Shown: one piece after another, positions 54,016 through 64,000 of the stretch
How positions within the stretch are numbered: position 1 is the first letter of the stretch
How the letters are laid out: each line of letters begins with the position of its first letter
Assembly: GCA_050115495.1 (NCBI GenBank)
Contig: JASFQK010000027.1
Span: 1 to 64,000 of the forward strand
DNA from: Phycisphaerae bacterium
GTDB lineage: Bacteria > Planctomycetota > Phycisphaerae > UBA1845 > Fen-1342
Direction: 5' to 3'
Length of the DNA stretch: 64,000 nt
Position numbers and translations under genes: made by a program
Notes under the pieces: generated by a model
What the model saw: only the letters and a program-made list of their open reading frames with translations
What the model was told of the DNA's origin: nothing
Database searches by the model: none

Positions 54016-54855
54016 TTACTGCCGCTGCCAGACGCGGACGTAATCGACCACCATTCCATCCGGCAACTTCGCGGCGGCGATGTCGTCCGCCCATTTCCCC
54101 ACTTCTACGCTCAGCAGCAGGTATTCGCTGCGCTGGGACACCGCCTCGCGCATCCGCCCCGTTTCCCGGCCGTCGACGTAGAAGATGTACTCTTCCGGCG
54201 TCCATTCGAGCCCGAACGTGTGGAAGCCCTCGCCGAGCCCCGGCAGCGGCTGGTTGATATGCTTGCTCTTGTGGGCGTCGCCGTAGCCGTCCCAGTGAAT
54301 GGTGTGCAGGGCACGGTCGCGGTACTTGGGCGTCGCCAGGTACTCGATCACGTCGATTTCGACGCCCGCGGCGCCGGGATCGCCGATCGGCTTGCCCATC
54401 GTCGACGATTGCAGCCAGAACGCCGACCAGTGCCCCGGCTGCGTCTGTGTCCGATAGCGACACTCGAAATAGCCGAACGTCGCCTCGAACTTGCCGGCGG
54501 TGCAGATCATCGCCGTGTGGTATTCGGGTTTGGCGGCCTGTGTTGTCGTCGGTTGCGTGCTGGCGGGTTGTGTCGCCGGCGGCGCGTGACGGGTGGTGGT
54601 GATCAGCAGGTGCCCCTGGCCGTCGAGGCGGGCTGCTTCCTCGACGTTGATGGCGTCGCGTCGCGGGCCAAGGTGTCGCGCCGACCATTTCGCCGGATCG
54701 GACGGGCTGTCCGCCGGCCCGTCGAATTCATCGTGCCAGACGAGCACGTAGTCGTCGTGGGCGAGGTAGGTTGGCTGCGGCGGAGCGGTCTCGTCCGCCC
54801 GGCCCAAGGCGCAGAATGCAACAGAAAACGCCAGGCTGGCCGTCAGGGCGCGCAT
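54016..54855 (-). CDS. Secreted glycoside hydrolase family 16
   Basis: Signal peptide; LVWHDEF; catalytic EIDVIE; FHTFGLEW; VDYVRVW. Confidence 0.9.
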   Translation of the reverse strand: MRALTASLAFSVAFCALGRADETAPPQPTYLAHDDYVLVWHDEFDGPADSPSDPAKWSARHLGPRRDAINVEEAARLDGQGHLLITTTRHAPPATQPASTQPTTTQAAKPEYHTAMICTAGKFEATFGYFECRYRTQTQPGHWSAFWLQSSTMGKPIGDPGAAGVEIDVIEYLATPKYRDRALHTIHWDGYGDAHKSKHINQPLPGLGEGFHTFGLEWTPEEYIFYVDGRETGRMREAVSQRSEYLLLSVEVGKWADDIAAAKLPDGMVVDYVRVWQRQ

Positions 54856-55033
54856 GCTGGACTCCCGAAGCGACTCGGTGCTGTCAGACCGGCGAAGCTG
54901 CGGGACATTCTGAACGCGCCGTGGCCACGAGACAAACCGGGCGTCCGGACGATTTGGACAAATGAGGAAGAGGGCCGCCGAAGCATCGGCGACCCTCTGC
55001 CGTACGGACGATTATGTGTGCGTTGGTTGAGGT

Positions 55034-55666
55034 CTAGCGACGACGCAGCAGGGCGAGGCCGCCCAGCGCCAGCAGGCTGAACGTGGCGGGCTCGGGAACG
55101 CAAGCGCCGTAGAACTCACCGATCGCGAAATCGACCTCAGCGCCGATGTCGATCGAGCTGATGGTCTGACCGGCCGTCGTGTAGAAGCCGAAGCCGTTGG
55201 CGCCACCCAGACCGTCGACCGGAATCGTGAGCGACGTGGGGGCACCCGTCGGGTCCATCGCCGTCACGGTGATGTCGAACACGTCGAACGGGTTGGGCTC
55301 AACCCACAGGGCGAACGCGACCGCGCCGGCCGGCATGCCCAGCGTGAGGGACGTCGCGCCGTTGGTGTAGTACACGTCCGGCGTGCGGTCCGCGGCCCAG
55401 GAACCCCAGTCGGGACCGACCAGAGCGTGCAGCACTTCCTGGCTGAACGTCACGTCGCCACTGAGCGGCGGCGTGCCCGGGGCACTCATGACCGGGGCGT
55501 AGCCCGTGGGCTGCATGTCATCGGGCAGAGCCGAGGCCGTCCAGGGCCCCAGCGCGAAGCTCGACGGCAGCGGGTTTCCGCCCAGCCCGAGATCCACCGC
55601 GAAGATGTCCGCACTGGCCACGTTCACGACCACCAGCAAGGTGGCAACAACAAGCATCATCCTCAT
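55034..55666 (-). CDS. PEP-CTERM sorting domain protein
   Basis: Signal peptide; C-terminus VPEPATFSLLALGGLALLRRR; GAGGAG RBS 8 nt before ATG 55666. Confidence 0.9.
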   Translation of the reverse strand: MRMMLVVATLLVVVNVASADIFAVDLGLGGNPLPSSFALGPWTASALPDDMQPTGYAPVMSAPGTPPLSGDVTFSQEVLHALVGPDWGSWAADRTPDVYYTNGATSLTLGMPAGAVAFALWVEPNPFDVFDITVTAMDPTGAPTSLTIPVDGLGGANGFGFYTTAGQTISSIDIGAEVDFAIGEFYGACVPEPATFSLLALGGLALLRRR

Positions 55667-56049
55667 TTCGACCACTCCTCAAAAAGTGAAACGATCAATT
55701 GGTGAAAGTGCCTTGCGCGACGCACCTGGTCGCGCGAACAGGTATCGTTCAGGCGGCCTCAGACGAGATGGACTTCCTCCGCTCCGGAGCGCATCACGCC
55801 GTCCTGGCCGCACCGGATGCCAAACACCAGCCCTGGCTTATGAGCAGGGAACCGCTTCGAACCCTCTCCCGCGCCGGGCGCGCACCACCACCGTTTGGAG
55901 AACCAACCTGCTGGCCGGGTCAGCTTCCGTCACACGGCTTCGACCCGGGTTGCTTGCCGGTCACTGTCGCAGAGCCTTGGTTTCTTCGTCGGATGTGAAC
56001 GCTCTCGGCCCGTTCGTGATTCCGTACCAAAGTCGTACGATATGCTCAA

Positions 56050-56077
56050 AATATAACACAAGTCCGCGGAGAGTCAA
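56050..56077 (-). promoter_or_regulatory. Sigma70-like promoter upstream of the PEP-CTERM gene
   Basis: TTGACT-16 bp-TATATT with extended TG on the minus strand. Confidence 0.55.
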
Positions 56078-56247
56078 GGCGAATCTCGGTTTCGCGATTC
56101 TTGCGGACGACCGCGCTATTCATGCCATCGCCCGTCGCGGATCAGTGCTCAGAGGATGTGGGCAGCATGGTGCTTTCGGCTTGCCGCCGGTTGGCGAGCG
56201 TTCGGTGCACAGCCCGGACGCTGCAGCAGAGCGTTTGTTCTTCGGTG

Positions 56248-56667
56248 CTACTCGCCGATGATCTTGACCAGCACGCGTTTTCGCCGGCGGCCGTCGAACT
56301 CGCCGTAGAAGATCTGCTCCCACGGTCCGAAGTCAAGCTCGCCCTCGGTGATGGCCACCACCACCTCGCGGCCCATGATCTGTCGTTTCAGGTGGGCGTC
56401 GCCGTTGTCCTCGCCGGTGCGGTTATGGTGATAGCGCGAGACCGGCTCGTGCGGCGCCAGCTCCTCCAGCCACTGCTCGTAGTCGTGGTGCAGCCCCGAT
56501 TCATTGTCGTTGATGAACACGCTCGCCGTGATGTGCATCGCGTTCACCAGCACCAGCCCCTCGCGCACGCCGCTGTCGCGCACGGCGCGGGCCACGTCCG
56601 GCGTGATGTTGACGAACCCCCGCCGCGAAGGAACCTGAAACCACAACTCCTGTCGATAGGATTTCAT
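56248..56667 (-). CDS. yjbQ: YjbQ/UPF0047 family protein
   Basis: [30 protein letters not shown]. Confidence 0.9.
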   Translation of the reverse strand: MKSYRQELWFQVPSRRGFVNITPDVARAVRDSGVREGLVLVNAMHITASVFINDNESGLHHDYEQWLEELAPHEPVSRYHHNRTGEDNGDAHLKRQIMGREVVVAITEGELDFGPWEQIFYGEFDGRRRKRVLVKIIGE

Positions 56668-56710
56668 GCCGCTGGCCTCCTTCCGCCCCCGCCTGCCCGC
56701 CGCTGCTGTC

Positions 56711-57916
56711 TTAATGCTCGGCGGCGACGGCCGCCCGGGCGCTCTTCGGCAGCCGGCTGCGCAGGTTGTCGAGCACGTTCATGAAGTTGATGAACGAGTC
56801 GTACGGCGTGTCGTAGGGGTTGAAATACTTGTGCACGTCGCCGTCGGCCAGGTACTTCGTGCACATGTAGTAGAAGTGGTCGGAGGCCTGGAGCCGCCGC
56901 CAGTCGCGCAGCAGGTCCGGGTCGCCGCACTCGCGCACTGCCGGCTCGAGCCGGAAGAGTTCGTGCAGGGCGTTGGACTGCATGGCGTTGCCGAGCCAGG
57001 CGGACAGGTCGCGCTCGGTGTCGGCCCACGAGATCACGTGCGGCACGTCGTATTCGCCGCTGGTGTCGTACGCCGCGGCGCACTCGCTGGGCGTCTTGAA
57101 GTCGTTCTCGCCGCCGGCCAGCACGTATTCCGGCAGGTGCTCCAGGAACTCGAAGATCCCCGTCTCCGCCCACTGGTGCTCGCCGAACGTCTCGTAGTCC
57201 AGGAAGAGGTTGACGATGAAGCCGTTGCCGTTGACCTGGTGGACCCAGCGGGCGAACTTGTCCGCCGTCAGCGGCCATTCCGGCCACGCCTGGTTCCCGA
57301 AGCGGAAGGCGATATCGTCGGAGAGACGATAGTTCTTCAGCAGCAACTTGACGGGCACGTCGTCCGGCGGTGTGTACAGGTAGGTCGGCGAGCGGTAGCC
57401 GAGCAGGTGATCCGCCCCCTCGCACAGCACCACGTCATAGCCCATGGATGCCGCCGCCTTGGCGACGTCGTTGCTGTAGATCAGCTCGGTGTTGCGGAAG
57501 ACGCGCGGCGTCTGCCCGAAGAGCTTGCGGATCATCTCGTGGTGCAGGGCCACCTGATCGGTGAACTCCTGCCGCGAGTACAGAAACGCCAGCGAGTGGC
57601 AGTACGTTTCCGCGAGAAACTCTACCGCCCCGGTGGCCGCGAGCCGCTGGAACGACTCGAGCACCTCCGGCGCATAGAGCTGCAACTGCTCGAGGATGTT
57701 GCCGGTCAGGCTGTACGAGACGCGGAAACGCCCCCCGTACCGCTCGACGAGCTTCTCGATCACGGTGTTGGCCGGCAGGTAGCACTTCTCGGCCACCTTG
57801 CGGCAGACGTCACGGTTGGCCGCTTCGTCGAAGTAATTCGGTTCGCGGTCAAATACGCTGAACCGCCGCAGACGAAACGGTTGATGCACCTGGAAGTAGA
57901 AACAAACTGAGGCCAT
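56711..57916 (-). CDS. Glycoside hydrolase family 57
   Basis: [34 protein letters not shown]. Confidence 0.92.
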   Translation of the reverse strand: MASVCFYFQVHQPFRLRRFSVFDREPNYFDEAANRDVCRKVAEKCYLPANTVIEKLVERYGGRFRVSYSLTGNILEQLQLYAPEVLESFQRLAATGAVEFLAETYCHSLAFLYSRQEFTDQVALHHEMIRKLFGQTPRVFRNTELIYSNDVAKAAASMGYDVVLCEGADHLLGYRSPTYLYTPPDDVPVKLLLKNYRLSDDIAFRFGNQAWPEWPLTADKFARWVHQVNGNGFIVNLFLDYETFGEHQWAETGIFEFLEHLPEYVLAGGENDFKTPSECAAAYDTSGEYDVPHVISWADTERDLSAWLGNAMQSNALHELFRLEPAVRECGDPDLLRDWRRLQASDHFYYMCTKYLADGDVHKYFNPYDTPYDSFINFMNVLDNLRSRLPKSARAAVAAEH

Positions 57917-57925
57917 CGTCTCGTC

Positions 57926-59287
57926 TTATCGCGGCGCGGACGCCAGCGTCTTTTCGTAAACAGCCAGGCAGTTCCTGGCGGAATCGGTCCAGCTCAGCCG
58001 GCGCACTTCGATGCTGCCGTGGTTTCGCAGCGTAGCCTGCAAGGGCGGGTGTCTCAAGACGGCCACGATCTTGTTGGCCATCTCGTCCACATCCCAGAAA
58101 TCCACCTTCAGGGCGTGCTGGAGGACCTCCGACACGCCGCTCTGCTTCGAGATCAGCACGGGCACGTCGTTGGCCAGGGCCTCGAGCGGGGCGATGCCGA
58201 AGGGCTCCGAGACCGAGGGCATGACGTACAGGTCCGCCATGCGGAAGACCCGCCGCACGTCGTCGCCCCGCAGGAAGCCGGTGAACAGCACTTTGTGCCC
58301 GATGCCCATCTCCGCCGCCAATTCGATCATCCGCCGGATCATGTCGCCGCTGCCGGCCATGATGAACCGCACGTTGTCGATGACTTCCAGCACGCGCTTA
58401 GCCGCGGCCAGGAAGTACTCGGGCCCTTTCTGCATCGTGATCCGCCCGAGGAAGAGCACGATTTTTTCGTCGTTGGCGATCGGCGGCAGGGAGGCCCCCG
58501 ACGTGCCGCCGTCATCGTCGATGGCGTTGTAGACGACCTCGACCTTGCGCGGATCCACGCCGTAATGCCGCAGGGCCAGGCTGCGGGTCAGGTGGCTGAC
58601 GGCGATGACCCGGTCCGCCCGGTGCATGCCGGCCCGCTCGATGTCGTAGACCTGCTGGTTGACGTTGCTGCCCGAGCGGTCGAACTCGGTGGAGTGCACG
58701 TGCACCACCAGGGGCCGGCCGGTCAGCTCGGCGACCGCGATGCCGCCCAGGTAGGTCATCCAGTCGTGGGCGTGGATGAGGTCGAAGCTCTCGTCCTCGG
58801 CGATGCGGCAGGCCAGTTCAGCGTAGCGCTGCACCTCCGCGAACAGGTCGCCGTCGTAATGCCCGCCGGGACCCTGCTCGACGCCGCCGGCGATGACCCG
58901 CATGCGGGACGGCTGCCGCCCGGCCGTTTTCTGGTTTGCCGGCGCGCCGTTGCCGACGCCCGCCTCGGCCTGCTCTTTCGCCCCGCGCCCGACGGGTGTC
59001 GCCGCGGTGCTGAGGTAGGGGCGGATCATGGCGTCCACCGTGCGGAAGCGCACGTTGGAGAACTCGTCAGCGGCGCGTTTGCTGTGGCCGTGACGCCCGC
59101 CCGGGAGGAGTGATGCCGGCGAGAGCAGCTCCACGTGGCGCGCTGCCGAGGCATCCGCGGAGCGCGGCAGCACGAACAGGACCCGGACCCCCAGTTTGTC
59201 CAGGCCGCGGGTCAGTCCGTAGCAGGCTGTGCCAAGACCACCGCTGATGAAGGGCGGGAATTCCCAGCCCAACATAAGGACTCTCAT
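57926..59287 (-). CDS. GT4 glycogen-synthase-like glycosyltransferase
   Basis: GWEFPPFISGGLG, HAHDWMT, GRITMQKG, SEPFGIAPLEA. Confidence 0.9.
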   Translation of the reverse strand: MRVLMLGWEFPPFISGGLGTACYGLTRGLDKLGVRVLFVLPRSADASAARHVELLSPASLLPGGRHGHSKRAADEFSNVRFRTVDAMIRPYLSTAATPVGRGAKEQAEAGVGNGAPANQKTAGRQPSRMRVIAGGVEQGPGGHYDGDLFAEVQRYAELACRIAEDESFDLIHAHDWMTYLGGIAVAELTGRPLVVHVHSTEFDRSGSNVNQQVYDIERAGMHRADRVIAVSHLTRSLALRHYGVDPRKVEVVYNAIDDDGGTSGASLPPIANDEKIVLFLGRITMQKGPEYFLAAAKRVLEVIDNVRFIMAGSGDMIRRMIELAAEMGIGHKVLFTGFLRGDDVRRVFRMADLYVMPSVSEPFGIAPLEALANDVPVLISKQSGVSEVLQHALKVDFWDVDEMANKIVAVLRHPPLQATLRNHGSIEVRRLSWTDSARNCLAVYEKTLASAPR

Positions 59288-59771
59288 GCCGACCTCGCTT
59301 TACCGAGTGCGCACTCAGCGCCGCCTGGTTCGCCGGGCCCGCACGCCCGAAATAAAAACTGCCCGGCGGAGCCTGCCAGGCCTCACCCTTCCCCCGTGGC
59401 TTGGGCCGAACACACGGGAGGACGAGTCTATCCCCCGTGCGTCCACGGTGTCAATGGGGAGGTTCCGTCTGCTCGCAAGGCCAAAACGCCCCTGTCCCGC
59501 AAGAGTCTATCGGACAAAGGCCGCGGACAATTCACCTTTTGGGGCGCTGGCGTCGAGGTCGCAAGCGCTGTATTATTACGAACCCATTGCAACGATCGCG
59601 CTCGCGGTCGGCGAAGACTGTTCGCCTGCACCGCGCCGGGGGGAGTGTTGATGTGCGTGCGTGGGACAGGCGGTCTGTCGACCGACGCAGGCCCGAGCCT
59701 GTACAGGGCCGGTCTGTCGCCAGCGTGGTCGGCGGCCCTGGTATTGTTCGCGATCGTGCCGGGAGGCAGGC

Positions 59772-62510
<2,739 letters not shown>

Positions 62511-62545
62511 CCCGCGTCCCCGGAGAGACGGCATAGTGTGTGTTC

Positions 62546-62827
62546 ATGGTGGTCGGCGTCTTGCGGGTGCGGCTGGGGATCTTCGATGCCCGCTCGCTGA
62601 AGGACAAGCGGCGGGTCACGCGCAGCTTGAAGGACCGGCTGGCCGCCCGCCACAACGTTTCCGTCGCCGAGATCGACGACCTCGATCACCGGCAGGCAGC
62701 CACGCTGGGCGTGGCGATGATCGCCAACGACGCGCGCTTCGTCGAGAGTGCCCTGGACAAGATCGTCGACGAGATTCGCTCCAGTACGAGTGCGTCGTTG
62801 TTGTCCTACGAGATCGAGCTGCTCTGA
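62546..62827 (+). CDS. DUF503 (YlxP) family protein
   Basis: SLKDKRRV, HNVSVAEID; position between infB and rbfA. Confidence 0.9.
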   Translation: MVVGVLRVRLGIFDARSLKDKRRVTRSLKDRLAARHNVSVAEIDDLDHRQAATLGVAMIANDARFVESALDKIVDEIRSSTSASLLSYEIELL

Positions 62828-62863
62828 CGCGCGGGCGGCGGCTGGCTGGTTTGTGAGGCGGTT

Positions 62864-63271
62864 GTGTCTCGCCGAACCGAACGTATCGGCAACCTGATTC
62901 GGGCCGTATTGGCGGATGCGATTCACGCGCGGCTCCACGATCCGCGCATCGCGCCGCTGACGTCCATCACCCGGGTCGAGGTCGCCGCCGATTTTTCCGT
63001 GGCCCGCGTCTTCGTCAGCGTGATGGCCAGCGCCGCGCAGCAGAAGCTCTGCGTTGAGGCGTTGCAGGGGGCCGCCGGTCGCCTGCGTTCCTTCGTGGCT
63101 ACCGAGGTCGTCATGCGGCAGACGCCGCGCCTCGAGTTCGTCCTTGACGAGTCGATACAGGGAGCCTTCCGCACAGTCCAGGCCATCGACGAGGCCATGG
63201 CGGAGCTTGGCGAACCCACCACCCCGCCGCCGGCCGACGAGCCGCCCGGGGAAGAACATGAGGGTAGTTGA
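62864..63271 (+). CDS. rbfA: Ribosome-binding factor A
   Basis: RTERIG, DPRI, TRVEV, ARVFVS, TPRLEFVLDES. Confidence 0.93.
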   Translation: MSRRTERIGNLIRAVLADAIHARLHDPRIAPLTSITRVEVAADFSVARVFVSVMASAAQQKLCVEALQGAAGRLRSFVATEVVMRQTPRLEFVLDESIQGAFRTVQAIDEAMAELGEPTTPPPADEPPGEEHEGS

Positions 63272-63274
63272 TCG

Positions 63275-64000
63275 ATGAGAGGTGCCACCCAGTGCGCCCG
63301 GCGCCTCCGGGCCCTGTTCAACACGCTGCGGTCCAAGCTCGGCCGGGTCAGTCCGCCGGCCAGCAGTGACCCCATCACGCAGATGATCCTCGGCATCCTC
63401 TCGCGGGATGTCCCCGAGTCCAAGGCCCGCAGCGCCCTCGACCTCCTGCGCGGCATGGTCGTCGACTACAACGAGCTGCGCGTCATCCCGCCCATCGAGC
63501 TGGCCGACATGATCGGCGACTACCCCGACGTGCGTCTGAAGTGCGAGGACGTCTCGCGTTCGCTCAACCGCGTCTTCGCCCGCAACCACGTCATCAGCCT
63601 TGCCCACCTGACGGATCAGAGCGCCCGGGACGTGCGCGCCTATCTCGACAGCATCGACGGCCTTGAGGATTACACTCGCGCCCGCGTCCGTTTGCTCGGC
63701 CTTCAGCAGCACGCCATCTACCTCGACGAGGCCATGTGGGCCTACGCCCGGCAGGAGGAGATCGTCGACAAGCGCTGCTCGCTCGGCGAGGCGCAGTCCT
63801 TCCTCGAGCGTCAGATCAGTCCCGAGGACGCCCTCGAATTCGTCGCCCTGCTGGGCCGACAGGCTTGGTCGGAAATGGGCGCCGCCGTGCGCGCCCGCGA
63901 CGTGACCCCGATCCAGAGCGTGCCGCCCGATCGCACTACGCGCAACATGCTTCAGCTCGTTGGGGCCGCCGCCTCGGCTGCTGAGGAGGCGCCGCCCCCT
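63275..64000 (+). CDS. Endonuclease III (HhH-GPD)-like protein, truncated by window end
   Basis: Own translation MRGATQCARRL...VDYNELRV...LDSIDGL...HAIYLDE; open to the end of the window and absent from the ORF track. Confidence 0.65.
   Translation, partial: MRGATQCARRLRALFNTLRSKLGRVSPPASSDPITQMILGILSRDVPESKARSALDLLRGMVVDYNELRVIPPIELADMIGDYPDVRLKCEDVSRSLNRVFARNHVISLAHLTDQSARDVRAYLDSIDGLEDYTRARVRLLGLQQHAIYLDEAMWAYARQEEIVDKRCSLGEAQSFLERQISPEDALEFVALLGRQAWSEMGAAVRARDVTPIQSVPPDRTTRNMLQLVGAAASAAEEAPPP

Overview
GC-rich, gene-dense bacterial chromosomal DNA. It is probably Planctomycetota (Phycisphaerae-like), inferred from a HYExAFE protein, a PEP-CTERM protein, a dockerin-like secreted protein, several PQQ-like beta-propellers and recurrent (T/S)QP/TSAP linkers. 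In order, the window holds: (1) a tightly coupled redox operon (232-7004) with an NHL propeller, Tat-type ferredoxin, NapH-like membrane Fe-S protein, membrane-anchored HydC/HydB (NuoE/NuoF)-like fusion and a NuoG-N/GltD-like subunit, but no obvious catalytic subunit; (2) PQQ-like propellers, a YtrA/GntR-ABC operon with a palindromic operator, and a GT4-ABC-FtsX permease-propeller operon (7247-18605); (3) an atypical two-component cluster; (4) a 2.1-kb integrase-less islet at tRNA-Lys(UUU), bounded by a 70-bp direct repeat and carrying a coupled TIGR04255-like / antitoxin-like / PIN operon; (5) glycan biosynthesis genes, including WecA/MraY-type and O-antigen-ligase-like genes; (6) housekeeping and metabolic genes (fabI, etfBA, acyl-CoA dehydrogenase, yidC, suhB-like, GH16, GH57/GT4, infB, rbfA). 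Non-coding signals include mosaic REP-like palindrome arrays, a candidate ~210-nt structured RNA with its own terminator, and a long structured leader upstream of the PEP-CTERM gene. No CRISPR array, rRNA, transposase or integrase was seen. All calls rest on motif recognition by eye; no searches were run.
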